This document shows, piece by piece, positions 11,602 to 23,396 of a stretch of 64,000 nucleotides of DNA. The notes beneath the pieces are model-generated. The model was not told where the DNA came from and did not search any database. It saw nothing but the letters and a program-made list of their open reading frames with translations. Made by a program: the position numbers and the translations under genes. Numbering within the stretch: the first letter of the stretch is position 1; each line of letters begins with the position of its first letter. Source of the stretch: Cyanidioschyzon merolae (taxonomy: Eukaryota); assembly GCA_000091205.1 (NCBI GenBank), contig AP006487.2; one strand, written 5' to 3'.

Positions 11602-12098
11602 GTGTCTCGGGCCGTGGCTCCAGCTGTTCCCTCCCTGGACGCAGCTAGCTCCGCAGGTGCGCAGCTCGAGCAGCTGCTGCGCGTAACGCTCACAGACTCT
11701 TCCCCGAGGATGAGTTCAGCCTGTTGGTCCCAGTCCGTTCCTCGGTCCAAGATGTTCGCTCTTGATAATCTGCCAACAGCTTGTCGACGAGTTCCGTGAA
11801 TGCTCACCCTAAAGCACTGTGCTCGTTTTGCTTCGTGCACCCAGCGGAAGAGCCCGCGACCTCGAATCGTATAGAGCGCGCGGAAGTATTTGTCTTCACA
11901 GAATCCGCGCAGATCGCCAGCATCGCTGCTGGGGCTATCCTGGTGTTTCTCTCATGGTGAAGGATCAATGCATCGGACTGGGTGCGCCCTTGCGAGCGGG
12001 GACCAGGCGAAACATCACTAGTCCACTGAGGTTGCCGCGAGGTCCCAGTGATCCCAGACCACGATACGCATCAGTTGCAGGGGTCTGGTGCGACGTAT

Positions 12099-12122
12099 CC
12101 ACACACACACATACACACACAC
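12099..12122. repeat. (CA)n dinucleotide microsatellite
   Basis: 'acacacacacatacacacacac' read directly. Confidence 0.7.
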
Positions 12123-13531
12123 CGGGTGCTGAGCGCCGGGTATCATCGCTTCATGCGAAGCTGGATGCAAGTTTCGGATGGCACTCGGCGACATCGCGAC
12201 ATCTCGGTACCCGTGCGGGGCTCTGCTCGAGCATGCAGGCGATGCGGGCCGAGCGTTGCAATGAGGCTCGGCAGTGAAACCTAAATCTGGAGCATTCGGG
12301 AATCGATGCCCTGTCTAGAGCTCTTCTTCAAGGAGAATGTGGTTTGATGCGTGTCGCTATGCCTGTATCGAGCCCGGAAACAGGAGTGTGCCTCCCCGCG
12401 TTTTTGTGTCCCGTCGCTGGCAACTTGAGCGGTGCGCTTCGTGCGAGAGGCATCTGCAGCGAATCCGTTCGTAGACTGGGCGGTCGGCGATAGCGAGCCG
12501 CACCTCCGTGGCGCTCGACTAGCGTCGCCCGACAGCGTGTGCCCCGTCTGGCGGTCATGCGTCGGCATTCGGAACGTGGATCTGTAGTGATCCAGGAACA
12601 CAACGGGGTGCACCAGCTGATCCTCGCACCAATACGCTAACGAGCGGAGCTGTCAAGAATGTTGTCGCGTGTCATCTCGGGCGCCCGGACTAGTGTACCT
12701 GAATGAGCGCTGGCATCCTGCAAGCTCGTTCGCGCAGGACTGCTTTGGAAGCTTTGGTCGGTCGAGTGTTTCGCAAGCATATGTCTTGTTTTCTCTGCAA
12801 CCTGCACCGCGGATGATGCGCAGCATTTCATCCACTGAAGTACTTGGATCACAAATTCATATATGCCCGCACGTTTACCTCATACAAAACGGGGTCTGAA
12901 CCCCTGCCAAACAGAATGTGATGTGCTGCAGTTGCGACTCTGAATTTCACCGAACGCAGCATGCGTTCGAAAAACGCTCAGCTGCCAAGGGCGCACCATT
13001 CCTGCCGACAAATCCCCGATGGCTTCCTAAGCATCGGGAGTCATATGCCAACCGCTGGCGGAACGCATACCACCACGGACAACATTTTCAGCCAATGCAT
13101 ACTGTCGTTATAGCGTATCTCTGCCGTCGACGACAGTCTTGCGGAGGCGACTTGAACGTACCGCATCTTTGCTGAGATGCGACATACGGCTGATGAAACT
13201 CGCCTGAACGCGCATCAGTCTTGAAATGCGATGCGACCCGAACTGCAGCTTGCGACTCGCAAGTATATCAAGCGCGTCGCTTCCAACACTAGAACCTGTT
13301 CTGCAACCCCAGAGCCTCATGCAGTATGCACTCGATCGCAACATCTTACCGTTCAGGGTCAGGCGAGCGGCTCCACGCATGACCCTTCGGTTGGAATACC
13401 CCCTCTGCGCTGTATCGGCAGGCGAGAGCCCGGGAACGCTCATTCTCAGTGTTCGTTTTCCATGCGCTAAATCCCTTCTAATACAGAGCCGTCGGCACCA
13501 TCCAATCCTCCAGCAGACACCGGTTACGTCT

Positions 13532-14278
13532 CTAGATTTTGTTGAAAGCGGCAATATCGACCGACTGAACAAGTTCCTCGAGGCCTTCGATTTCCTCTGT
13601 AATAATATCCGTTGACGGCACGAGATCGTCAATAATGGTCGCCATGATCTGCAGTTTTCGAACGCCGTAGCCAATCGGTACCAGTTTCGCAGCGCCCCAC
13701 GTTACGCCGTCAATCTGCAGTTGTCGTATCTTCGTCTCTAGCTCCTGCAGATCCGTTTCAGCCTCCCAGGGTTTCACGTCAAATACAACACTCGACTTGG
13801 CAACGGTCGCCTTGCCTTGCGCGGCCTTCGCAGCGTCTCGCTTCTCTTTCTCGCGCAGGGCAGCCTCGGCGCGCTCCTGTTGGCGTCGGTACGCCTCCGC
13901 GTCTGTCTCCTCGTCGTCAGAGGCGAACAGATCGTCCGCGTCAAACGCCGCTTCCTTAGATTCTGGCTCTTCTTCCACTATGCCGTCGGTATCTCCGGTC
14001 CAACGATCACGATCAGCCGCACTGAAAGAGGAGATGTGGCGGTACCAGCGCGACAGGTGCGGTAGTCCTGCGAGCGCGGTTGCCGGGCGTCGCGACAGAA
14101 TCGCAAACGCAGCTGCGTCTGCTTTTGAGGGCTGCACCCCGTTGATGTACGAGTGATCTGCAAGGTACTCGTTAAGAACCGCAAGACCAGCTGGGCTGTT
14201 AAGCTGTTTAAAGGAAGGTGCCATTTCACTTTCAGTGAGAGCGATTGGCGTGTTTCTTGCCCACCGCACTACGTCCAA
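13532..14278 (-). CDS. EF1B: Translation elongation factor 1-beta (EF-1B guanine nucleotide exchange subunit)
   Basis: GST-like N-terminus '[24 protein letters not shown]'. Acidic linker. C-terminal exchange domain '[58 protein letters not shown]...[19 protein letters not shown]'. Confidence 0.9.
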   Translation of the reverse strand: MDVVRWARNTPIALTESEMAPSFKQLNSPAGLAVLNEYLADHSYINGVQPSKADAAAFAILSRRPATALAGLPHLSRWYRHISSFSAADRDRWTGDTDGIVEEEPESKEAAFDADDLFASDDEETDAEAYRRQQERAEAALREKEKRDAAKAAQGKATVAKSSVVFDVKPWEAETDLQELETKIRQLQIDGVTWGAAKLVPIGYGVRKLQIMATIIDDLVPSTDIITEEIEGLEELVQSVDIAAFNKI

Positions 14279-14966
14279 CGCAAAGCCTCTGAGGGATGGC
14301 GGCGGGGCGGGCGCAGCCGCCGGCGTCGCCGCGGAGCCGCCGCTGCTGCAGCGCGCGGGCGTCAGCTGGCAGAAAGAACGGCGGCAGCGCTGACTGCAGG
14401 ATGCGACTGAGCAGTGCTATCTGGTGGGTTACGTCTGCGATACCGGGTATCGAACGGGAGCGAATGCCACAGGACCTGTTCGAGCGACGAGGCAACGACA
14501 TAGTTTGCGGTGTCGAATGCGCGTTTATGGGCTCGATACACACTTCGACAGTCGGATGTGATCGGACTAGTACCGCAGGAGTGAGGCGTGCGGCCTCGAC
14601 GCCGCCCGAGCAGCATCTGTAACGTTCATTCGTGTCAATGCTACTGCGAATGCAAGTCCCTGGGATGCGAAAACGACCGCTTATCTATTCTACATGAAGC
14701 GATGCGTTCACGCCCCAGATATCAGGGTCAGCGAAGCCGTGGAACGCGGATACGCCCAGAGTTGTTCCTGCGGCGGCACCCTTGGCGATGCTGGTGCTCG
14801 TGCGATAGGCGCAAGCAGCGGCGCGCTGGGTGTAGCAGCGGTACTGATGCGGGCTTCGCCACGTGTGCATCGCACGCCCCGGTACGTCCGAGAACATTCA
14901 GGCCGGGAAGCGGCTTGCCACCGTAGCTGGCAATCGTCTCTCGCGGAACTGCAAACTCGTGGTTCG

Positions 14967-16328
14967 ATGGGGCCGACGGTCGCCACCATACCCCGCAAAC
15001 TGGTGGCGCTGGGTGCGAAACCTTCTGTGTGGCTTGAATTCACACCGCTCGCTGCTGCGCTACGCGCTGTGAACCTAGGTCAGGGCTTCCCCGACTGGGA
15101 GCCCCCAGCGTGGGTCGCTGGGGCTGCGAAAAACGCCGTTGCGGACCTGGCCCCAGAGACGCAGCAGTACGCGAGGTCACGGGGTCATCCGAGACTGTTG
15201 GAAACGATTGCGGACGTGTACGGACGCTTGCGCTTCCACGGCAGAAGGTTGGACCCGAATAGAAACGTGCTCGTCACGAACGGTGCATCTGGCGCCATTT
15301 ACCTAGCGATCTCTTGTTTGGTTGACGATGGCGACGAAGTGGTCGTATTCGAGCCCACTTTCGATATATATATGGGTGCCATTCGGTTGGCGGGCGGCAT
15401 TCCGCGCTGCGTGCCGCTGGTATGGCGAGCTCCTCCTCGTGCAAAGGTGGCGAACGAGGACGCGACCGAGCCCGCATCTTGTGCTGCGGACTGGTGCATC
15501 GACTGGGAGGCGCTGCGCGAGGCCATCGGACCAAGAACTCGTGTTCTGATGCTCAACACGCCGCACAATCCGCTTGGAAAAGTCCTGACTCGGAAGGAGC
15601 TTGAACAGCTGGCGGAGTTGGTCCATGCGCACCCGCAGGTCACGGTCGTGAGTGATGAAGTCTATGAGAATATTGTTTTCGAGGGGCGAGAGCATATTAG
15701 CTTCGGAACCTTGCCGCACATGTTTGATCGTTGCGTATCGATTTTCTCTGCAGGGAAAAACTTCAGCGTTACCGGATGGAAAATAGGATGGATGATTGGG
15801 CCAGAGGAACTCATTCAGCGTTTCCACGCGGCGCAGCAGTTTGTCGTATTTTCGGTATGTACGCCGATGCAGGTGGCCGTCGCCGAATGTCTAGCGGAGG
15901 CGGAACGTCGGCATTATTTCCGCGAACTGGCTGCGCTCTACCAGGAACGTCGGGACCAGTTGGTGGCGACGCTGCGTCAGAGCGGCCTTGATCCAATCGT
16001 TCCGCAAGGAGGCTACTTTGTCGTCGCGAATTTTGGGAAACTGCCTGGGTTTACCAACCAGTTTCCTGCGGCTTTGAGTGCACTTGAAGGCGGTAGGGTG
16101 CCAGGGCTTGAGATTGATGACGCAACGCGCCATCGAGCAGATTATAATTTTGCGCGCTGGCTCAGTTTCGAGTGCGGTGTAACGCCGATCCCGCTTTCGG
16201 CTTTCTTCTGCGAGCGGCATGCTGATCGGGCGAATACACTCGTTCGATTTGCTTTTTGCAAACAGTCTCAGGTTCTGGAAGAAGTATCTCGACGTCTGCA
16301 ACGATTCAGGGACATTTCGGGACGGTAA
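14967..16328 (+). CDS. Class-I pyridoxal-phosphate aminotransferase (kynurenine/glutamine transaminase K-like)
   Basis: 'LNTPHNPLGKVLT', 'SAGKNFSVTGWKIGW' (PLP-lysine region), 'LGQGFPDWEPP'. The ORF is open from 14694, but the N-terminal 91 aa look non-genic. ATG at 14967 ('MGPTVATIPRKL') checked in the sequence. Confidence 0.85.
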   Translation: MGPTVATIPRKLVALGAKPSVWLEFTPLAAALRAVNLGQGFPDWEPPAWVAGAAKNAVADLAPETQQYARSRGHPRLLETIADVYGRLRFHGRRLDPNRNVLVTNGASGAIYLAISCLVDDGDEVVVFEPTFDIYMGAIRLAGGIPRCVPLVWRAPPRAKVANEDATEPASCAADWCIDWEALREAIGPRTRVLMLNTPHNPLGKVLTRKELEQLAELVHAHPQVTVVSDEVYENIVFEGREHISFGTLPHMFDRCVSIFSAGKNFSVTGWKIGWMIGPEELIQRFHAAQQFVVFSVCTPMQVAVAECLAEAERRHYFRELAALYQERRDQLVATLRQSGLDPIVPQGGYFVVANFGKLPGFTNQFPAALSALEGGRVPGLEIDDATRHRADYNFARWLSFECGVTPIPLSAFFCERHADRANTLVRFAFCKQSQVLEEVSRRLQRFRDISGR

Positions 16329-17154
16329 CATGGGAAGCACGACCGCTTATGGCGAAGGAAGAGTAGACAGTGTTGCTTGGAGGATCGTTCAAGGATCTGC
16401 GATGGCGAAACCGCGGTTGTCTGGAACGTTTGCTTCAGGCTGTTCGGCGTTGACTGTGTTCCACAGCGGCATTCTTCGTTTTCATGGTGCCTGCGCCGCC
16501 GCAGCTGCTACCGTTGCGAAGTGCGCCCAGCGATGAAAGATGCGATCGCGCACGGAGACGATCCTGTGAATCCGCGAATCGCGCCAGCCGTGTCAGCGCC
16601 CACGTCCACCTGTTGTGAGTAGGCGTGCGGACGTTGAACAGAACGCCCCAAGAGACGTGCTGTTCACTCTGAACAGATTGTCGTCCGAACAGGTGTCCAG
16701 ACCTTGGAGAGAAGATCCCCACAGGTACTCGGCTCATCCTAAACGGACGTGCGTCCTAGGCCGCGGCATGATTGAATTTCGCGCCAGGCGATACAAGCAA
16801 TAGCACATTGTGCGGACACCGCTCTAATGCCGCGTGCTTCCTGCGATTGGGCGTTGCATGACGACTCGTGCCGATTTCCGTATACCTGGACCTGCGATGC
16901 GTCGTTGCCCATCACGACCTGCTGGGATGAATCTGGAACCGCGTGAACCGAGATGCAGCTGCTCTACAGCGGCTGCACTGAAGGACGCACCTGCCAGCGC
17001 TATGCGAAGCGTCACCTGTGTGGGGTCATCGTCCCGCGCACCGCCATCTATCCAGACAGTCGCCATGCGCACGCACAGCGGCCTTTCAGCGCGCGCTGTC
17101 CCGGGCATTGAACGTCACGCAGGCATACACGTGTCCCTTCAACGACATGCATGC

Positions 17155-19398
17155 CTACGGGCACGCATGTTGAATCACGACATCCGAGTACCGACGCTGA
17201 ACGAGTTCAGCTTCGGATCTGCTCTGAACGAGTATCCAGATTGAGCGTATCTCCCGTGTATGGAGACAGAGGCGCCAGGGCGTGTGATTTGCATCCGCAT
17301 CAGATGCTTGTCGCGAATCACGGGGCCAGAGCACTGGTGTGCGTCCGATGACAACGCCACGAGCGGCATCGAGCACGGTTACCACTGCTGAGGTTCGGGC
17401 TGCGTGCAATCGTCCGCGACGATGGCGGATCAGGACTTCATCTCGCAGTTGCCAGCTGCTGCAGAGACAAAGTTCCCCCTTTGAGACATCGTCCCGCGGG
17501 ATGTCCACTCGATATGCGCACTGCGCGGGGAGCGATACGGAGCTGAAGTTGGAGCTGGAGCTGGAGCCGGAGCCGCTGTTTGGCCTATGTTCGAGCAGAT
17601 CGAGGTCGCTTCTGCGCGCTGCAGCGCGACTCGTGTGGCGTTCCTGGATCTTGGCGATCGAGCAATTCGCGCCTGCGTTCAGCGCGACGACTTCCCGGAG
17701 AAATCCCCCCGTGAGCAGTGCTCCGAGTTCAACGCAGTACTTGCAACTATTCATGCTCACGGGCAATCGCAGATAGACGCCGGCAGTGACCCCAGGGTAC
17801 ACCAGGTCCGACGGGTCTATCTCTGGGAGACGGCTTGTCTGCAGTATGCCGAAAGCTTCGCGCCAAACATAGACACCGCTCTGGTTAATGGAAATCGTCT
17901 GGTGAACGGGAGCAAGCATGATATCCGGATCCCCGGTCCCAATGATTGACGTCTCAACTGTGACGAGGACACTCGATCCACCTAGGAAGTAGTGTGGTGC
18001 CAGAAGCGAGCCCCATGGAGCGATCGAGAGTTTCGGTTTGTCCTTCTCGAGCGCGAGCACGTCGCGAAGCAGGTTCACGGACCCGAAGCCCCCGGGATCG
18101 CGCTCCAAAAACGCAATCACATTCCTGAGACCAGCGTCCGGCGTTCGTCCATGAGCGGGCCTGTATGTCGTGAACGCATCCACAAGGTCTCGCGCGAACA
18201 GAATCCCATCGACGGACTGGTCGGTTTTACGCACGTGCGACCACGTCTGGTTCAGCGAGTACATCGATATTCGTTTTGCTGACGAGATGCAAAGATTCAG
18301 ATGCGCGCCAACGTAAATGACCCGCTCAATGCCTCGTCCTTCGAGGACAGCAACGAGCTCCACGAGATCGTCGGCAACGAGAACATCATTCTCGGGATCC
18401 ACGTCCAGGAGCGGGTGCAGGGCCGACCAACCGTACTGCTCCTCGCATCGTTCTTGCGGGTCCGCCGAGCACATGCAGCCGGCAGGCCGGGGTAGGACGC
18501 GAGTGCGTCTCGCCGCCTCGTACGCCATGTCCACGATGCTGGTGGTAGCACGTAGGGCGTCCAGCTTAGCTCTTGTCGTGTAGCGTCGGGCGTTATCCCG
18601 CATGCGCCGCTCTCCGGCATTGCCTCGTTGCTCTAGAAATGCGACGATGTCTGTGGGGGCATGGATGACCAGCATGCCACGTTTCCGCGCCTCTCGGAGA
18701 GCAAGATTCAACGGTGGAATAAGCAACCGCTCTATTCTGGATGCTGCGGTCTTGCACCAGTGGGTGTCCCACAGGTCGACTACAATCAATGCCATCCGAT
18801 CGTAGCGCTCCTGTACATAATGCTCTCGTGCGATAATGTTCGGGTTCGAGGCCACACCCCAGCCATCGTCTGCGAACCATGTCGCGTCCATTGCGGTTGC
18901 CATTGGGTCGCTCGCTGGGCCCGGCATCCCAGAGGCCAGTCTTGCAGTATCCACGAACGACTGTCGCAGCGCACGGCGGCGAACAGGAAATGTGGCTATG
19001 CGCCTTGGATAGAGCAGCGGCGCCTGCTCGTCATCCAGCAGCGCTGTGTGATGAGACAAGTCTTGCGACCAGTACGCAGCGTGGACGGCTTTCATCAGCC
19101 CCGCGGTACCTGATCTCGAAGCATCAACTGCATCCGCAAAGTCGTAAACGAATTGGTTGTGAGAATGACCGTTTCGTGATTGGGCAAGCGCTAAAACAAA
19201 CGCTGATGGCGGTTGAAGCGATCCTCGGTACCAGAGCGCAAACCGACGATTCAGGGCGAGTGAGCGCGCGACCAACGCCAGTCCAAGAACAAAGCAAACG
19301 ACAGCACATAGGAAACAAGCAAGCACCCGGAACTTGTTACGCAGGCTCGTACTTCGGACTCTAAAGGGGTTCACTGGCCTCCGTGCTGGTTCTTGCAT
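17155..19398 (-). CDS. Membrane protein with an isochorismatase-like (cysteine hydrolase) domain and a large C-terminal extension
   Basis: 'ALIVVDLWDTHWC...MLVIHAPTD...RVIYVGAHLNLCISSA' resembles the isochorismatase-family pattern (ALLVIDMQNDF...VIHT...VFVCG.ATNVCV). Signal-anchor 'VLACFLCAVVCFVLGLALVA'. The ORF is open to 19800, but those extra 134 codons run through a 100-bp tandem array. ATG at 19398 ('MQEPARR') verified. Confidence 0.5.
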   Translation of the reverse strand: MQEPARRPVNPFRVRSTSLRNKFRVLACFLCAVVCFVLGLALVARSLALNRRFALWYRGSLQPPSAFVLALAQSRNGHSHNQFVYDFADAVDASRSGTAGLMKAVHAAYWSQDLSHHTALLDDEQAPLLYPRRIATFPVRRRALRQSFVDTARLASGMPGPASDPMATAMDATWFADDGWGVASNPNIIAREHYVQERYDRMALIVVDLWDTHWCKTAASRIERLLIPPLNLALREARKRGMLVIHAPTDIVAFLEQRGNAGERRMRDNARRYTTRAKLDALRATTSIVDMAYEAARRTRVLPRPAGCMCSADPQERCEEQYGWSALHPLLDVDPENDVLVADDLVELVAVLEGRGIERVIYVGAHLNLCISSAKRISMYSLNQTWSHVRKTDQSVDGILFARDLVDAFTTYRPAHGRTPDAGLRNVIAFLERDPGGFGSVNLLRDVLALEKDKPKLSIAPWGSLLAPHYFLGGSSVLVTVETSIIGTGDPDIMLAPVHQTISINQSGVYVWREAFGILQTSRLPEIDPSDLVYPGVTAGVYLRLPVSMNSCKYCVELGALLTGGFLREVVALNAGANCSIAKIQERHTSRAAARRSDLDLLEHRPNSGSGSSSSSNFSSVSLPAQCAYRVDIPRDDVSKGELCLCSSWQLRDEVLIRHRRGRLHAARTSAVVTVLDAARGVVIGRTPVLWPRDSRQASDADANHTPWRLCLHTREIRSIWILVQSRSEAELVQRRYSDVVIQHACP

Positions 19399-19487
19399 AA
19401 GCCCAGAGGGCGTTTGCGCTTTTCGAAAGGCGAATCGAAGCCAAAATAGGCGGCGCGAGGATCGTGGCGGCGGCCGTTTCCTACCAG

Positions 19488-19790
19488 GTTCGAACCGCGC
19501 CCCTGTTTGTATACAAGGATATCGGAATACGAGGAAACGAGTACATGAAGCGAACCGGCGTGTACTTTCTGATGTTTGAGTCTCTTTCTTCGAACCGCGC
19601 CCCTGTTTGTATACAAGGATATCGAAATACGAGGAAACGAGTACATGAAGCGAACCGGGGTGTACTTTCTGATGTTTGAGTCTCTTTCTTCGAACCGCGC
19701 CCCTGTTTGTATACAAGGATATCGAAATACGAGGAAACGAGTACATGAAGCGAACCGGGGTGTACTTTCTGATGTTTGAGTCTCTTTCCA
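19488..19790. repeat. Tandem repeat, 100-bp unit x 3
   Basis: 'cgaaccgcgc' recurs at 19491, 19591 and 19691. Units are near-identical, with g/a and c/g variants. They produce phase-shifted artefactual ORFs (19464-19679, 19576-19779, 19371-19646). Confidence 0.9.
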
Positions 19791-20285
19791 TTTTTATCAA
19801 CAGTAGCCTTTTCGGGATTTTTCTTTGAATGCTTGCTTTTCCGCTCCGTTGTTTTCGGATTTTGAAAGCACTCGCCGGGTGCGTCCGGTGAGCTACGTTT
19901 TCATCAGTCCAAGAGTGTTGATAGCAGCGATCATGAGACAGTTTTCGACGACTCCAGCTGCTTCAGCGTATTGCATACGCAGGTGGTGGTTGCGATGTAC
20001 GCTTCGTCTGCCATTTTCGTTTGCTCTCTTGACAGCGTCAGAGCGCTTTTCTCAGCGGTGATAATTGACTATGCACGGGTCTTCTCATATGCCCATAACG
20101 TATAGTTCTCTGGGCGCCATCTGGTGCCTCGTGATGGCTTGCTTCATCGTCTGGTATATGCCTCTGGTGGCTGCCGAAAGTCTCCCTGGATGCCCTCCAC
20201 CGTTTCTGCGCTCAGTGCCGGACACAACGATCACGGGGATCATCTGGGCAATGCCCCAGCGAGTGCACTGTCCACAGCACGGGCA

Positions 20286-20530
20286 AGTGCACAATCGTTC
20301 ATTCGATAGAGGATTTGCGGAACTCGATGTTTTCCATGGCGAAACAAGCACCAGACGGGAAATCCTGGCCAGAGAACAAGCCGATAGCAATCGATCAGAG
20401 AACGATCCGTACTTGCAAATCGGTGACGCATTTCGACTCGAAGCGACCGCTGCAATGGCTCGTGTCCGAGTTCGAGACCGTTTTCCATGAAAATAGAAGA
20501 GATGGAAGCGTCTGGGAGCATATCCCATGA
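20286..20530 (+). repeat. Dispersed ~125-bp repeat family, copy A (with internal partial duplication)
   Basis: 'cattcgatagaggatttgcggaactcgatgttttccatggcgaaacaagc...aaatcctggccagagaacaagccgatagcaatcgatc' aligns to copies at 43590, 48335 (reverse complement) and 55508. Confidence 0.6.
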
Positions 20531-20968
20531 GAGGTGCAATGCAGCTGTTGATTGCCGCTTCGTCAATCGCCTGGAAGACAGAAGAATTTATCTTTCGATC
20601 AGATTAGATTATGTAACGTGACGAGTTTAGTGAACGGCCAACAAAGGCCTCTGAACAAGTCATCGATGGATAACGTCGATGCTTTTTTCATAGTCCATTC
20701 AGGGGCGCGAGTTGCAGTCAGTGGGCGTCGCCTTGACATAGAAAGATCGAACACTTAAAGCATGTGCGAGTCGAGGACACTAAACGTAAGGAACGGGAAA
20801 GAGTGCAAGTTTATACGTATGCGCCGGACAATGATACCATTCAGTCTACGAACCCCTGTTCAAGGGTATCCTCAATCATTTTGATTCTGTTGACGTAAAC
20901 CAGGAGCAGAGCGTTGAATATCCTACTCTGTAAAGACGACCGAGCATCCCTAAGCTCGTTTACATCTG

Positions 20969-22228
20969 TTGACTTTTATTGCTCCGCTTCAGGTGTCGAA
21001 GCAGTACATCAAAAAAAAAATAGAGTTCGGAAGAAACATTGCAAGGCAGCAACCGAGCGCATCGTCCACTGCTGTCTTTAGATTTGACGCAGACGAGACC
21101 AGTCTTTGCGAGCTGGACGCTACGAGTGGACGTTCCGTTTCAGGGAGGTGTACAAGCGCTTTGAAAGCGATGCAGGGCTGTCAGGTTTGTGTTTGTTTTG
21201 GTACCGGGCCTCGTCTGGTACGAGTTCTGAGCAGTTGTTCTACAAAGACTGGTGCGGTTTGGCTGCGAGCAAACTTGCTCGGATCCCGGTTGGCAAGCGC
21301 GTTTGCACGCGTGAATACCACAGCAGCTCGACTAGCGGGTCGTAGGAGGCCACATAGGTCTATGCAGCGTTCCTGGTTGCTGCTGAAGGACCCCGGTCAT
21401 GAGCGTACACGACCAGAGAGAAGTAGCGTTGGCGCTTGGTATAGCCGACCGTCTGCGGCGGTTGAGCGTGGAGGCGGTTTCTACGTTCCCGGTCTGGACG
21501 GGCCACAGCTGCGGTTTCTGCTCGGACTGACGTGCTTGTTCCTGTTGGCGCTCAATCATTTTGTCTCAGCTGACGGCGTAGACTGGGACGTGCTGGGACA
21601 ATGGTCTGCGCTGCGCACCAGTGAACTGCTGGCAACGGCTGCAGCTGTGAGCCTGGTGAGTGTTGCACGGCTGGAGGCCAGCGCTACCAGACAGCGCGAA
21701 TCCGCAGCCGAAACGCGCACAGAGTTACCTTTCGCCACTGATGATTTCGCCAAAGGCGACACAGCGCCAGCTCCCATCTCAGATGCGACCGGTTTGAACT
21801 TTCTCGTCCGAGCTCTCGCAAACCTGCTAGAGATACGTGTGCCAATTGTAATCGTTCTAGTGAACGGTGCGAATGGTGAAATCAGGCTTTTGCATGCTTC
21901 TCGCGACGTGGCGCTAGCGGTGCGCGCAGAGGCTGCAGTGACTGGTGCATCAACGCGAGTCCACGACTATGGCGAGATCGTCGCGCGAGTCCTTGAGGCA
22001 CAGCGTGGTATTTGCATAGCTAACTTGGAAGAATTGCCCCCTGAGGTATGTTTTCCTTTTCTGGAACCAGGGCGACCTGGTGGGGCCATAGTAGAACCGC
22101 TGAGGGGATCCAGCGGCTCGCCTGTTCAGCGACTCGGATCAGGCGATTGGCTCCTCGTGATTGCGACCCCGATCCCAGCAGCGCTGACCAATACTGATTA
22201 TCGATGGGTCCGGGCGTTGTGCCACTAG
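20969..22228 (+). CDS. Hypothetical membrane protein (S/T/R-rich N-terminus, one predicted TM helix, conserved-looking C-terminal domain)
   Basis: 419-aa ORF. TM 'LRFLLGLTCLFLLALNHFV'. An A10 homopolymer lies inside the first 20 codons, so the real start is probably Met68 (21170) or Met132 (21362). Confidence 0.4.
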   Translation: MTFIAPLQVSKQYIKKKIEFGRNIARQQPSASSTAVFRFDADETSLCELDATSGRSVSGRCTSALKAMQGCQVCVCFGTGPRLVRVLSSCSTKTGAVWLRANLLGSRLASAFARVNTTAARLAGRRRPHRSMQRSWLLLKDPGHERTRPERSSVGAWYSRPSAAVERGGGFYVPGLDGPQLRFLLGLTCLFLLALNHFVSADGVDWDVLGQWSALRTSELLATAAAVSLVSVARLEASATRQRESAAETRTELPFATDDFAKGDTAPAPISDATGLNFLVRALANLLEIRVPIVIVLVNGANGEIRLLHASRDVALAVRAEAAVTGASTRVHDYGEIVARVLEAQRGICIANLEELPPEVCFPFLEPGRPGGAIVEPLRGSSGSPVQRLGSGDWLLVIATPIPAALTNTDYRWVRALCH

Positions 22229-22910
22229 CTTACGAACGCAAAGGGATACGGGGCGTTGACGACCCCCAGTGAGTTCTGGAGTTGTCAGAGAGGATTCCGC
22301 AGACTCTTCAGAGTCCAGACTTGTTTTCGGGCCGTAAGACGCATCCCATGCGCGCATCCGGGCCTGGGTGCTCGTCGCCCGGTCTTTTGGGGTGTTCATG
22401 ACCAGCGTTGCACCAAAGAGGGCGACATTCATGACTGCAATTTGTCTGGTTTTTTCGACTCGGCGGTACGCTGGAGTAAGGACTTGTCTGTGGGATTCCA
22501 GCCGTTGACCCCGATTGCAGCTGCGCTCAAAGGCGATGTGAGCGCTCAGAGCGGAGCTCGCGTGCTCGTTAACTGCGAAAAATGCTTCCGGATGCGTGCT
22601 CGGTGCTCTACACCGGTGTCAGGTTAAACTGGAACACAAAACTGCACGATGTGTTCTCGAACAGTCGTTTTGTTTCGGAATTTTTTTTAAATGTACAGGT
22701 TCAAAATTCGACGTGGAGCGATAAGCATTCACGGATTCTTGCATGGAGCTAGGATTCTCGGTCAGTTTTTTGGAGTGGCCGTTTCGACGCTTACTGCTGG
22801 AATCGATTGCGTCACTAGAATCAAGGCGATTCGCGACGTTCTCGAACAAGGCTTCGTTAAATATCTGATATCAGTCTCCGATGCATCCGTAAAATCTCCT
22901 CTCTTCTCTC

Positions 22911-23396
22911 TTGCTTGTGTGTAGCATTTCCGAGTCACGCATTCTTCAAGCTTACATTCTTTCTGTATTACGGCAACTTGTGAGCGCAGCAATTCGCGCG
23001 GCTGGATGTATGAGAAACATCATTGACTGCGCCTTGGCGACTTTTTCAAACACTGATGCCGACACTTCACGGAAAGTTTCACATCAAAAAATCGAATCCA
23101 GTAGGAAGGCATATCCTCATGTCTCTGTAACCATCGACGAAACGGCATACGACAGCAGCATGAAAGCGCGCACGGATATGCCTCCAGAAGCTCCAGTCGC
23201 CTCCTTCGGTGAGAACACGTCTCGGATCCAGGCTGTAGCGACTGCAACAATCGCTTCCGGTGAAGCGTACGTCGCCGCTTTGCGACAAGGGAGCGTTGTC
23301 GAATCGGCATTTCTCGACTTGATATCCAGGTTGCATTCACTTTTCGGGACTTGTTTTATCGTGGAACGCTTGGCGTTCCACAAAACCTCTATCTAA
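22911..23396 (+). mobile_element. Degenerate Tc1/mariner-like transposase relic (copy b), truncated after the second D motif
   Basis: 'VSVTIDETAYDSSMKARTDMPPE' and 'CFIVERLAFHKTS' are homologous to copies a and c at about 70% nucleotide identity. Homology continues upstream to ~22860. Confidence 0.5.

Noticed and set aside
14694-14966. N-terminal 91 codons of the aminotransferase ORF
   Set aside because: No similarity to aminotransferase N-termini. The conserved region starts right after Met92 (nt 14967). The upstream part is probably 5' UTR that happens to be open.
15303-15827. 174-aa ORF antisense to the aminotransferase gene
   Set aside because: It lies wholly inside a confidently identified gene on the other strand. 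This is a typical GC-rich antisense open frame with no motif.
20470-20485. tRNA-like B-box ('gagttcgagacc') inside repeat copy A, as a possible tRNA gene or SINE head
   Set aside because: No matching A-box, acceptor or anticodon stem could be folded by eye. I found no convincing tRNA anywhere in the window, but I could not run a proper covariance search.
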